Assembly: GCA_022563395.1 (NCBI GenBank)
Contig: JADFNM010000001.1
Location: 83,891 to 147,890, forward strand
Origin: Patescibacteria group bacterium
GTDB taxonomy: Bacteria > Patescibacteriota > Minisyncoccia > Minisyncoccales > UBA10102
DNA: 64,000 nt
Reading direction: 5' to 3'
A program made the position numbers and the translations under genes. The notes below the pieces were generated by a model. It ran no database searches, was not told the origin of the DNA, and worked only from the letters and a program-made list of their open reading frames with translations. This document shows positions 8,146 through 16,883 of this stretch, one piece after another. Each line of letters opens with the position of its first letter. The stretch's first letter is position 1.

Positions 8146-8254
8146 AATCTCTCGCTTCGCAAGATATGGCGCAGCCAGACAAATTCCAAACAAACTCAAA
8201 ATATTAAATACTAAATACTAGATACTAGATACAAAGTATGATAGAATAAGCCGT

Positions 8255-8878
8255 ATGGAATTTATATTCCTCATTGCTATCTTAATATTCTCTGTGGTAA
8301 TCCACGAAGTCTCCCACGGCGTTGTAGCCAATGCCCTAGGTGACCCCACGGCAAAGAATGCAGGAAGGCTAACCTTAAACCCCATTCCTCACTTAGATCC
8401 CATAGGTTCCATTCTCTTGCCGGGGTTTCTTATTTTAATGTCCCAGCTTGGAGGTGGGGGAATTATCTTTGGCTGGGCAAAACCGGTTCCGGTCAATCCC
8501 ATGAATCTTAAGGGGAAATATGGTTCTGCTTTGGTAAGCATAGCAGGGCCTGGTTCCAATCTTGCTATTGCCCTGATTTTTGGCTTGGCTCTGCGTTTTT
8601 TGCCTTTAGTAGAGCTCAATCCAGCTCTGGTCTTAATCTTTTCTTATATTGTCTTCTTAAACATCCTGTTGGCAATATTTAACCTCTTGCCTATTCCTCC
8701 CCTCGACGGTTCCCACGTTTTGTTTACCTTTCTGCCCCGTTCGTTTGACGCTTTGAGAATCTTTCTCTCCCGGTTTGGTCTTTTTGTCTTACTCTTTGTT
8801 ATTTTCTTTTTCTTTGGTTTTGTGTCTTATGTAGTGAACCTCATCTTTAGCCTTATTGTCGGTACCCCATTTTTCTAG
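8255..8878 (+). CDS. Peptidase M50 (site-2 protease family) membrane protein
   Basis: HEVSHG zinc motif, multiple TM segments, and NLLPIPPLDGSH. Confidence 0.8.
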   Translation: MEFIFLIAILIFSVVIHEVSHGVVANALGDPTAKNAGRLTLNPIPHLDPIGSILLPGFLILMSQLGGGGIIFGWAKPVPVNPMNLKGKYGSALVSIAGPGSNLAIALIFGLALRFLPLVELNPALVLIFSYIVFLNILLAIFNLLPIPPLDGSHVLFTFLPRSFDALRIFLSRFGLFVLLFVIFFFFGFVSYVVNLIFSLIVGTPFF

Positions 8879-8913
8879 GGAATGAGCCGTATCCTTAATT
8901 TCGTTAAGTTTTA

Positions 8914-8942
8914 TTGACAAAACATGGGAGTTTTGATAAGCT
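8914..8942 (+). promoter_or_regulatory. Putative str-operon promoter TTGACA-17-TAAGCT
   Basis: -35 at 8914-8919 and -10 at 8937-8942. It is preceded by the hairpin unit CCTTAATTTCGTTAAG at 8893-8908. Confidence 0.5.
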
Positions 8943-8963
8943 TCTGTGTGAAAATTGTTTCAT

Positions 8964-9374
8964 ATGCCAACGATTCATCAACTTATAAAGAGACCAAGAA
9001 AGAAATCCAAGGGAAAGGACAAAACACCTGCTTTAAGTTTTGGTTTTAACACAAAAAAGAACCAGCCCGTGCGGTATGCAGCTCCATATAAAAGGGGAGT
9101 ATGCCTGCGTGTGTTTACCACCACTCCAAAAAAGCCAAACTCTGCATTGCGCAAGGTTGCAAGGGTCCGTCTTTCCAACGGCATGGAGGTTACGGCCTAC
9201 ATCCCAGGCATAGGCCACAACCTTCAAGAGCACTCCGTGGTGCTGCTTCGAGGTGGAAGAGTAAAGGATCTTCCTGGAGTTCGTTACCATATTGTGCGGG
9301 GAGTCTTGGATGCAGGAAGCGTGGAAGGAAGAAAACAAGAGAGATCAAAGTACGGAACCAAGAGAGCAAAGTAA
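8964..9374 (+). CDS. rpsL: 30S ribosomal protein S12
   Basis: [14 protein letters not shown]...; ATG at 8964 inside the ORF-track ORF. Confidence 0.95.
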   Translation: MPTIHQLIKRPRKKSKGKDKTPALSFGFNTKKNQPVRYAAPYKRGVCLRVFTTTPKKPNSALRKVARVRLSNGMEVTAYIPGIGHNLQEHSVVLLRGGRVKDLPGVRYHIVRGVLDAGSVEGRKQERSKYGTKRAK

Positions 9375-9417
9375 GAACCTTGCCAACGCAAGAACCTTGA
9401 TTTCTAACGAAATTAGT

Positions 9418-9885
9418 ATGCCAAGAGGAAAGTTTCAAAAAAGAGTTCCCAATCCTGACCTGAAATACAGCAATGCCACAGTGGCAAAGTTTGTGAACCA
9501 CATTATGATGCGGGGCAAGAAGGCTGTTGCAAGAAAGATTGTGTACGGTGCTTTTGATATTGTAAAAGAGAAGACCAAGAAAGATCCCGTGGAGGTGTTT
9601 GAGCGTGCCCTAGAAAATGTTGCTCCCATGATTGAAGTTCGTTCAAAAAGAGTGGGGGGAGCGACCTACCAGGTTCCCGTTCAGGTAAAAGACCACCGTA
9701 AAGAATCTTTGGCCACAAGGTGGATTATTACTGCAGCCCGTTCCAAAAAAGGGAAACCCATGCAAGAGAAGTTAGCTGAAGAACTCATGGCAGCGTATAA
9801 GCGTGAAGGGGCGGCTTTCAAGAAAAAAGAAGATACGCATCGCATGGCAGAAGCAAACAGAGCATTTGCGCACTTCGCGTGGTGA
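9418..9885 (+). CDS. rpsG: 30S ribosomal protein S7
   Basis: [19 protein letters not shown]...; internal ATG of ORF 9292-9885. Confidence 0.95.
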   Translation: MPRGKFQKRVPNPDLKYSNATVAKFVNHIMMRGKKAVARKIVYGAFDIVKEKTKKDPVEVFERALENVAPMIEVRSKRVGGATYQVPVQVKDHRKESLATRWIITAARSKKGKPMQEKLAEELMAAYKREGAAFKKKEDTHRMAEANRAFAHFAW

Positions 9886-9989
9886 GATATGGGCGCAAGA
9901 ATCTCGCCTCGCTCCGCAGCGCCATACCCACGGCCTGCCCGATGCTACGCTCTGGCGAGACTCTTGCGCTTTTGTAATGCAAAAGCAGT

Positions 9990-12098
9990 ATGCCGAGACA
10001 ATACCCTATTGAGAGAGTGCGCGATATTGGAATAATCGCCCACATTGACGCCGGGAAAACCACCACGACCGAGCGTATTTTGTTTTACACGGGTATTTCC
10101 CACAAGATAGGGGAGGTGCATGAAGGGGCAGCTATCATGGACTGGATGGAGCAAGAGAGGGAACGCGGCATTACCATTACCGCAGCCGCCACCACGTGCT
10201 TTTGGACTCCAACCTATGTGAAAGAGAAGAACAAAGAAAAGGAGGTTCGAATCAACATTATTGATACTCCGGGCCACATTGACTTTACCGTAGAGGTACA
10301 GCGCTCCTTGCGGGTGCTGGACGGTGCCATTGTCGTGTTTGACGGAGTGGCGGGGGTGGAACCCCAGTCAGAAACGGTGTGGCGCCAAGCCGACAAATTT
10401 GAGGTTCCCCGTATGTGTTTTATCAACAAGTTAGATCGCATGGGAGCTTCTTTTGAGAAAAGCTTTGGCTCCATTGTAGAAAAACTTACGCCAAATGCTG
10501 TAGCGGTGCAGATTCCTAATGGAGAAGAGGACCAATTCTCAAAGATAATCGACTTAATTTCAATGAAGGCATACTCGTTTACGGGGGACTTTGGGGAAAC
10601 GGTCAAAGAGGAGGAAATTCCAGCAGATTTAAAAGAGAAGGCAAAAGTGTGGCGAGAAAAACTCATGGAAAAGGTAGCAGGAGAGGACGAGTCTTTAATG
10701 AATAGGTATCTTGCGGGAGAAGAAATACCGGCTCTAGATATAAAGAGAGTATTGCGCAAAGCCGCTTTGGCAAATAAGTTGATTCCCGTGTTTGTGGGTT
10801 CTTCTTTAAAAAACAAAGGTGTGCAGTTAATGCTTGACGGAGTGGTGGACTATCTGCCTTCTCCTCAAGATGTTCCTCCCATTAAAGGGATTGACCCGCG
10901 TTCCGGCCAGGAGATTGAACGCCACGCAATAGATACGGAACCCTTCTCTGCTCTTGCCTTCAAGATTGCAACCGATCCCTTTGTAGGTACCCTAACGTAT
11001 TTTCGCGTGTACTCCGGTACTTTAAAAAAGGGCTCGTATGTGTATAACGCTACGACGGGCGTCAAAGAGAGGATTTCTCGTATCTTGAGAATGCATGCGA
11101 ATGAAAGAGAAGAGGTGGAGGAGCTCTATGCGGGGGACATTGCTGCCACTGTGGGGCTTAAAAACACTTCCACGGGGCACACCTTGTCGGACGAAGCAAA
11201 CCCCATCTTGCTTGAACAGATTACCTTTCCAGAGCCTGTTATTTCGGTTCGCATTGAACCTGCCACCAAAGCTGACCAGGAGAAAATGGGCATGGCGTTA
11301 AAACGTTTGTCGGACGAAGACCCAACCTTTAGGGTTTTAACAGACCAGGAGACCAAAGAGATCATTATCTCTGGCATGGGAGAGCTGCACTTGGAAATCA
11401 TCGTAGACCGAATGAAAAGAGAGTTTAATGTTACAGCCAATGTTGGAAGACCTCAGGTTGCCTACAAGGAAACCATTAAGCAAGAAGCAGAAGCAGAAGA
11501 GAAGTATGTCAGGCAGTCTGGCGGTCGTGGGCAGTATGGTCACGTCGTTTTGAGCGTTGAGGCCAAGGAGCGGGGAGAGGGCTTTGAGTTTGTAAATAAG
11601 ATTAAGGGCGGCGCTATTCCTCAAGAATACATTCCAGCCGTAGAAAAAGGAGTAAAAGAAGCCATGGACAAGGGAGTGATAGCTGGGTATCCTGTTATTG
11701 ACTTGAAAGCAACGCTGCTTGACGGGTCTTTTCATGAGGTGGACTCTTCTGAGTTTGCCTTTAAGATTGCCGCCTCCATTGCCTTTCAGGCTGCAGCAAA
11801 GAAAGCTCATGCAGTGTTGCTGGAACCCGTAATGTCGCTTGAGGTAATAATACCCTCTAATTTTCTTGGAGACGTAATTGGAGATTTGTCAGCAAGAAGA
11901 GGAAGGATTGAAGAGACAAAAGACCGGGGAAACCTCAAGGTGATAGATGTCAAGATTCCTTTATCTGAGATGTTTGGGTATGCCACCAACGTGAGGTCCT
12001 TGACCGAAGGAAGAGGAACCTTTACCATGGAGTTCAACACGTATGAGGAGGTGCCGGGGAATATAGCAAATGAAATTATTGAAGGCAAGCGCAGATAA
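9990..12098 (+). CDS. fusA: Elongation factor G
   Basis: [20 protein letters not shown], 702 aa, str-operon position. Confidence 0.97.
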   Translation: MPRQYPIERVRDIGIIAHIDAGKTTTTERILFYTGISHKIGEVHEGAAIMDWMEQERERGITITAAATTCFWTPTYVKEKNKEKEVRINIIDTPGHIDFTVEVQRSLRVLDGAIVVFDGVAGVEPQSETVWRQADKFEVPRMCFINKLDRMGASFEKSFGSIVEKLTPNAVAVQIPNGEEDQFSKIIDLISMKAYSFTGDFGETVKEEEIPADLKEKAKVWREKLMEKVAGEDESLMNRYLAGEEIPALDIKRVLRKAALANKLIPVFVGSSLKNKGVQLMLDGVVDYLPSPQDVPPIKGIDPRSGQEIERHAIDTEPFSALAFKIATDPFVGTLTYFRVYSGTLKKGSYVYNATTGVKERISRILRMHANEREEVEELYAGDIAATVGLKNTSTGHTLSDEANPILLEQITFPEPVISVRIEPATKADQEKMGMALKRLSDEDPTFRVLTDQETKEIIISGMGELHLEIIVDRMKREFNVTANVGRPQVAYKETIKQEAEAEEKYVRQSGGRGQYGHVVLSVEAKERGEGFEFVNKIKGGAIPQEYIPAVEKGVKEAMDKGVIAGYPVIDLKATLLDGSFHEVDSSEFAFKIAASIAFQAAAKKAHAVLLEPVMSLEVIIPSNFLGDVIGDLSARRGRIEETKDRGNLKVIDVKIPLSEMFGYATNVRSLTEGRGTFTMEFNTYEEVPGNIANEIIEGKRR

Positions 12099-12105
12099 AA
12101 GAACT

Positions 12106-12312
12106 ATGGACTTGGAAGAATTAAAACGCATACTGCAAAAAGATAAGGGAAAGATTATCATTGTTGAAAACGGAAAGCCCGTGATGATAATTCTCCCCTA
12201 CGAAAATCAGGACTTGCATCATAGCCAAGAGGAGGCAGTTGAACCTCCTTTGGAGGAAGAAGAGATGGGGCCTGTTCCTGGGGAGTTGACAATTGACGAT
12301 TTGCCGCTATAA
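12106..12312 (+). CDS. Small acidic hypothetical protein with weak Phd/YefM-like N-terminus
   Basis: MDLEELKRILQKDKGKIIIVENGKPVMIILPYENQ followed by an acidic tail. No partner toxin gene is present. Confidence 0.4.
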   Translation: MDLEELKRILQKDKGKIIIVENGKPVMIILPYENQDLHHSQEEAVEPPLEEEEMGPVPGELTIDDLPL

Positions 12313-12429
12313 TTGGAACATTGTCAATTAACGAGCAGTAGCGAGTATAATTGGAACATTGTCAATTAACGAGCAGTAGCGAGTATAATTGGAACATTGT
12401 CAATTAACGAGCAGTAGCGAGTATAATTG
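12308..12429 (+). repeat. Perfect 38-bp tandem repeat x3 plus 8-nt partial fourth copy
   Basis: The unit TATAATTGGAACATTGTCAATTAACGAGCAGTAGCGAG starts at 12308, 12346 and 12384, with a partial copy at 12422. Copy 1 overlaps the upstream stop codon. Confidence 0.95.
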
Positions 12430-12479
12430 ATAATTGCAATACTTAAGTAATAAATAAGAATTGATCGAAGAATACACAT

Positions 12480-13673
12480 ATGGCAGAAAAGTTTGAGCGA
12501 ACAAAGCCCCACGTCAATGTTGGTACCATTGGTCACGTTGACCACGGAAAAACCACGTTGTCAGCGGCCATCCTGCATAGTTTGAAGTTGGCAGGAAAGA
12601 ACGTGACCGAGAAATCGATTGACCAGATTGACGCTGCTCCAGAAGAAAAACAGCGGGGTATTACCATTAACATCGCGCACTTGGAGTATGAGACCGACAA
12701 GCGCCACTATGCACACATTGACGCTCCAGGCCATGCAGACTATATCAAGAACATGATTACGGGAGCAGCCCAGATGGATGGCGCCATTTTGGTGGTTTCA
12801 GCTCCAGACGGCCCCATGCCTCAGACCAGAGAGCACATTCTTTTAGCCAGGCAAGTGGGAATTCCGTCTATTATTGTTTTTTTGAACAAGATTGATATGG
12901 TGGATGACCCAGAAATTGCAGATTTGGTAGAATCTGAGGTCAGAGAGCTTTTAAAAAAGTATAACTACCCAGGAGATGATGTTCCTGTAATTCGGGGTTC
13001 TGCTCTAAAGGCATTGGAGGCAACTTCCGTGGACGACGAAGCAATAAAACCCATCTTGGAACTCATGAACAAGGTGGATGAATACATTCCAGAGCCTGTT
13101 CGAGAGATAGACAAGCCATTTTTAATGGCAGTAGAAGATGTCTTTTCGATTGAAGGGCGAGGAACCGTAGCTACGGGAAGAATTGAGCGTGGCATTGTGA
13201 AGTCCAACGAAGAAGTTGAGCTGGTTGGCATTAAGCCCACCTCAAAAACCGTTGTTGTGTCTGTAGAAATGTTTAACAAGTCTTTAGATGAAGGACGAGC
13301 CGGTGATAACGTTGGTATTCTTTTGCGAGGAACCAAGAAAGAAGAGATTGAACGAGGTCAGGTGTTAGCAAAGCCAGGATCCGTAACACCCCACACCGAG
13401 TTTGAGGCCGAGGTGTATGTTTTGGCCAAAGAGGAAGGTGGAAGACACACCCCATTCTTTAAGGGGTACAAACCGCAGTTCTACTTTAGAACTACAGATG
13501 TAACCGGCGACGTTGAACTTCCAGAGGGGACCGAAATGGTAATGCCTGGAGATACCGTGAACTTTAAGGTAAAACTCTTGGTGCCAATTGCCATGGAAGA
13601 AAAGCAGAGATTTGCCATCAGGGAGGGTGGAAAGACCGTGGGAGCAGGAGTTGTGATCAAGATTCTCAACTAA
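12480..13673 (+). CDS. tuf: Elongation factor Tu
   Basis: [24 protein letters not shown], 397 aa. Confidence 0.97.
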   Translation: MAEKFERTKPHVNVGTIGHVDHGKTTLSAAILHSLKLAGKNVTEKSIDQIDAAPEEKQRGITINIAHLEYETDKRHYAHIDAPGHADYIKNMITGAAQMDGAILVVSAPDGPMPQTREHILLARQVGIPSIIVFLNKIDMVDDPEIADLVESEVRELLKKYNYPGDDVPVIRGSALKALEATSVDDEAIKPILELMNKVDEYIPEPVREIDKPFLMAVEDVFSIEGRGTVATGRIERGIVKSNEEVELVGIKPTSKTVVVSVEMFNKSLDEGRAGDNVGILLRGTKKEEIERGQVLAKPGSVTPHTEFEAEVYVLAKEEGGRHTPFFKGYKPQFYFRTTDVTGDVELPEGTEMVMPGDTVNFKVKLLVPIAMEEKQRFAIREGGKTVGAGVVIKILN

Positions 13674-13705
13674 CCATCCCTCGTTCCTCACGCCCCGTAC
13701 CTTTT

Positions 13706-14050
13706 ATGCCTCCGACAAAGCAAAAAGCAGAAAAACTCTTGCCATTGCAGCAAAAGCTGAGAATAAAGATCTCAGCCTACGACCATAAGGTCATTGACGC
13801 TTCCTCAAAGCAGATCATTGATACTGTTCTCAGATATGGATGCGAGGCAGTAGGTCCTGTTCCCTTGCCAACGGAAATTAAGAAGTATACGGTGAATCGC
13901 TCTTCTTTTGTGCATAAGGACTCAAGGGAACAGTTTGAGATGAGGGTGCACAAGAGAATCATAGACATTCTCAACCCCAGCCAGAAGGTGATTGAGGCCT
14001 TAACCAGTCTCAACCTTCCTGCCGGCGTTGACATCGAAATCAAAATGTAG
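13706..14050 (+). CDS. rpsJ: 30S ribosomal protein S10
   Basis: [20 protein letters not shown]...[11 protein letters not shown] is a typical S10. Confidence 0.95.
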   Translation: MPPTKQKAEKLLPLQQKLRIKISAYDHKVIDASSKQIIDTVLRYGCEAVGPVPLPTEIKKYTVNRSSFVHKDSREQFEMRVHKRIIDILNPSQKVIEALTSLNLPAGVDIEIKM

Positions 14051-14068
14051 CTAGAGAATTGCACTCAT

Positions 14069-14187
14069 CCTAAATGTAATTAAGGAATCCTTAGTTTCAT
14101 TTAGGAGATATGTGCAAGAATCAGTACTGCTTAAACGAGATTTAAGCAAACCAAAGAATCGCCAAACAGGCGGTTTTTTGGTAGAAT
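14069..14187 (+). repeat. Full composite intergenic repeat (palindrome A + tail + X2 + hairpin/T-tract/-10 module)
   Basis: Module A at 14069-14105, AGATATGTG at 14106-14114, CTTAAACGAGATTTAAG at 14130-14146, GGCGGTTTTTTGGTAGAAT at 14169-14187. Confidence 0.85.
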
Positions 14188-14193
14188 AAAAAT

Positions 14194-14907
14194 ATGAAGC
14201 TAGAGAACAAAACCGCATTAATAACTGGGGGTTCGCAAGGAATTGGTAAGGCTATTGCTGGGAGGTTTATTAGGGAAGGTGCAAAGGCCATAGTTTTTGA
14301 TGTTAAAAAGCCAGACTACGAGGCAGAATTTTATCAAGTCGATATACGAGAAGAAGAACAAATCAAAGCAGCTTTTGAACAAATCAAAAGTCTAGATATT
14401 CTCGTCAATAATGCTGGCGTTTACTTTGAGGAGGCGGTAGAGAGCACAACAAAGAAGCAGTTGGATGACATTGTTGATACCAACATTAAGGGGACGTATT
14501 TGATGTGCACGTATGGGATTCCGCTGATTAAGAATAGTAAGGGTACTATCATTAACATCTCTTCTGGGCTTGGGTTAGTCCCCGACCCAGCTGCTCCTGC
14601 ATATTGTGCAACGAAAGCCGCTATAACCATGCTCACAAAATGCATGGCACAGGAGTATGCTGCAGAAGGAGTAAGGATAAATGCAATTCTGCCTGGTCCA
14701 ATTGATACACCGATGTTGAGGAGTGTCTTTGCTTCTGAGAAAGAATTTGATGACTATGCGAAATCGAATCCACTAGGGAAAATTGGGAAAGTAGAGGATG
14801 TTGCAAATGTTGCAGCTTTTTTGGCATCAGACGAAGCAAGCTACGTAACTGGAAGTTTGTATACGGTTGATGGAGGAGAGTCTTCATCAAGCCTGCACTC
14901 TAAATAA
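14194..14907 (+). CDS. Short-chain dehydrogenase/reductase (FabG-like)
   Basis: TGGSQGIG cofactor motif, NNAG, and a YxxxK catalytic motif (YCATK). Confidence 0.85.
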   Translation: MKLENKTALITGGSQGIGKAIAGRFIREGAKAIVFDVKKPDYEAEFYQVDIREEEQIKAAFEQIKSLDILVNNAGVYFEEAVESTTKKQLDDIVDTNIKGTYLMCTYGIPLIKNSKGTIINISSGLGLVPDPAAPAYCATKAAITMLTKCMAQEYAAEGVRINAILPGPIDTPMLRSVFASEKEFDDYAKSNPLGKIGKVEDVANVAAFLASDEASYVTGSLYTVDGGESSSSLHSK

Positions 14908-14949
14908 AACAGGTTCTAACGTCGTCCAGTAGGGGGGGGAGCCATTATT

Positions 14950-15083
14950 GCTTAAACGAGATTTAGGCAATATTCATTTAAATGAATGGTTCCTTAATGA
15001 AATTAAGGAGATATGCGGGAAGTCATTAGTTCTTAAACGAGATTTAAGCAAACCAGGAACCGCCCACTAAGAGCGGTTTTTGG
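14950..15083 (+). repeat. Composite intergenic repeat (X2, 16-nt palindrome, half-A + tail, X2, hairpin/T-tract)
   Basis: GCTTAAACGAGATTTAGGC at 14950-14968, ATTCATTTAAATGAAT at 14972-14987, CCTTAATGAAATTAAGG+AGATATGCG at 14992-15017, X2 at 15032-15048, and a hairpin plus T5 at 15060-15081. Confidence 0.85.
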
Positions 15084-15091
15084 TTGATGTG

Positions 15092-15120
15092 TTGACAGTC
15101 TTTGAGTATTGTCATATACT
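15092..15120 (+). promoter_or_regulatory. Strong sigma70-like promoter TTGACA-17-TATACT upstream of rplC
   Basis: -35 at 15092-15097 and -10 at 15115-15120. A 106-nt leader follows. Confidence 0.6.
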
Positions 15121-15226
15121 CTATTCTATGAACGCTAAGCCAGCCTTGTGAGCGGCGGAGAGGTTGTAGCCACACTACGTCTATGTTAGATGTGCCAGGG
15201 TTACACCCTGGCGTTTTGTTGTAAAT

Positions 15227-15778
15227 ATGAAGGCAATAGTAGGAAGAAAACTGGGTATGACCCAGATATTTAAAGAGGACAAAGTCATTCCGGTGACCGT
15301 TATTGAAGCTGGCCCTGTTTCTGTTTTGCGAAAACTGACCAAAGAAAAGGATGGGTATGACGCAGTGCAGGTTGGGTTTCAGCCAAAAAAGAAGGGATAC
15401 AAGGCAGTGAAAGAGATTAAAGGAAGCCAACTTGAAGTTGGGGACCAAATGACCGTTTCTGTGTTTGAGGAAGGAGATAAGGTGAAAATCTCTGGTATTT
15501 CTAAGGGAAAGGGATTTCAAGGAGGTGTGAAGCGCCACGGATTTCACGGAAGAAAGGCCACCCACGGAGTAAAGCATGAGGAACGAACCATTGGGTCTGT
15601 TGGAAGCATGTTTCCCCAGAGAGTTATTAAAGGAAGACGCATGCCAGGGCGGATGGGAGCGGAAAAGATAACAACCAAAAACCTTCAGGTGGTGCAGGTT
15701 GATGCAGAAAAGAATCTGCTTTCTGTGAAAGGAGCTGTTCCCGGAAGACCGGGTACACTCCTTTTTATTCAAGGATAA
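15227..15778 (+). CDS. rplC: 50S ribosomal protein L3
   Basis: MKAIVGRKLGMTQIF...; S10-operon order. Confidence 0.95.
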   Translation: MKAIVGRKLGMTQIFKEDKVIPVTVIEAGPVSVLRKLTKEKDGYDAVQVGFQPKKKGYKAVKEIKGSQLEVGDQMTVSVFEEGDKVKISGISKGKGFQGGVKRHGFHGRKATHGVKHEERTIGSVGSMFPQRVIKGRRMPGRMGAEKITTKNLQVVQVDAEKNLLSVKGAVPGRPGTLLFIQG

Positions 15779-15779
15779 T

Positions 15780-16409
15780 ATGAAACAGGCATTGCTAAAC
15801 ACAAAAGGAGAAAAAGCAGGTGAGCTGGAATTGTCAGACAAGATTTTTGGGGTTGCCTGGAATCCTGACTTGGTGCACCAGGTAGTCATCATTCAGCAGG
15901 GGAACAAAAGACAAGCTTCAGCTAAGGTAAAAGACCGGGGTGAAGTGCGAGGAGGCGGAAAGAAGCCTTGGCGACAAAAAGGTACAGGAAGAGCAAGACA
16001 CGGGTCCACTCGTTCTCCCCTCTGGAGGGGGGGGGGAGTTACCCATGGCCCCACCAGCGAGCGCAACTACAAAAGAAAACTCAACACCAAGATGCGAAAG
16101 AAGGCCTTGTTTTCGGCCCTGTCAGAAAAGCTCCGAGAGAGCAAGGTTTTCTTACTCGATTCTTTCGGTATTGAGAACGCCAAGACCAAGGAGCTGATAG
16201 CGGCACTGCATAACCTTCCCCTAAACGAAAAAAGCACCTTGTTGGTGTTACCAGCAATGGAGCAAAAGGTGATTCTTGCTTCACGCAACATTCCGTACTT
16301 GAGTACGGTGCAGGCGCGAGAGTTAAACGTTTTGGACGTCATGAATGCAACGAATGTCATCTTGCCCAAGGAATCATTGAAAATACTAGAGGAAACGTTT
16401 GGGAATTAA
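15780..16409 (+). CDS. rplD: 50S ribosomal protein L4
   Basis: KPWRQKGTGRARHGS motif; operon order. Confidence 0.95.
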   Translation: MKQALLNTKGEKAGELELSDKIFGVAWNPDLVHQVVIIQQGNKRQASAKVKDRGEVRGGGKKPWRQKGTGRARHGSTRSPLWRGGGVTHGPTSERNYKRKLNTKMRKKALFSALSEKLRESKVFLLDSFGIENAKTKELIAALHNLPLNEKSTLLVLPAMEQKVILASRNIPYLSTVQARELNVLDVMNATNVILPKESLKILEETFGN

Positions 16410-16411
16410 TT

Positions 16412-16882
16412 ATGCCATTCAGCTTTTTAAAAAAGTTAAAAGAAATAAGGAAAGAATTAGACCCCAGGCGTTCTTCGACCTCTCAAAAAGGACTCCACGA
16501 GACACGTGCCCGCGCGAAACAAGCAGTTGACTCTCACCCAAAAGAACATGAAGCCGCTCCACAGTCAGCTCCTGTTATAAAAAAGAAGGTAAAGAGGGCA
16601 CCTTCTTTCCCAAGTGTTTTGTTGAATCCACACATCACAGAAAAGGCAACCTTGCTGGGGGAGAAGGGGCAGTATGTGTTTCGGGTTCAACCACAGGCAA
16701 CAAAAGACGCAGTGAAACAGTCGGTGGAAGCGCTGTATGGAGTTGCGGTTCGAAACGTTCGCTTGATAAAGAAGCCAGCAAAGAAGATTCGTATTGGCCG
16801 AAGAGAAGGCGTAAAACAAGGATTGAAAAAGGCAGTGGTTCAACTAAAAGCAGGAGAAAGCATTGAAGTTATTTCAAGATAG
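16412..16882 (+). CDS. rplW: 50S ribosomal protein L23 with about 60-aa basic N-terminal extension
   Basis: The C-terminal part (LLNPHITEKATLL...YVFRV) is L23; operon order. Confidence 0.9.
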   Translation: MPFSFLKKLKEIRKELDPRRSSTSQKGLHETRARAKQAVDSHPKEHEAAPQSAPVIKKKVKRAPSFPSVLLNPHITEKATLLGEKGQYVFRVQPQATKDAVKQSVEALYGVAVRNVRLIKKPAKKIRIGRREGVKQGLKKAVVQLKAGESIEVISR

Positions 16883-16883
16883 T

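Noticed and set aside
12106-12312. Toxin-antitoxin module (Phd/YefM-like antitoxin)
   Set aside because: There is only weak N-terminal similarity and no adjacent toxin ORF (fusA lies upstream, the repeat array and tuf downstream). I kept it as a hypothetical protein.
12308-12429. CRISPR array
   Set aside because: The 38-bp units are directly contiguous with no spacers, and no cas genes are in the window. The dispersed palindromes are also not regularly spaced.
14101-14146. Mini-ORFs starting at the conserved AGGAGATATG tail of the repeats (e.g. MCKNQYCLNEI, MREVISS, MRRTISS, MWRTSSS, MQSNHIN, MRLS)
   Set aside because: The AGGAG-to-ATG spacing is only 2 nt. Peptide length, frame and sequence are not conserved between copies (indels shift the frame), while the nucleotide sequence is conserved. 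I therefore interpret this as a DNA/RNA-level repeat, not a peptide gene.
14069-15083. Integron attC sites / gene cassettes as an explanation of the palindromes flanking the SDR gene
   Set aside because: The units (…CCTAAA…TTTAGG…) only loosely resemble RYYYAAC…GTTRRRY cores. No intI gene or cassette array is present. The elements are scattered between core genes and carry their own promoter-like ends.
15044-15892. 282-aa ORF on the minus strand
   Set aside because: It lies entirely antisense to rplC/rplD and the upstream repeat. The sequence is low-complexity and Ser/Leu/Phe-rich with no recognisable motif. A long stop-free antisense frame is a known by-product of biased codon usage.
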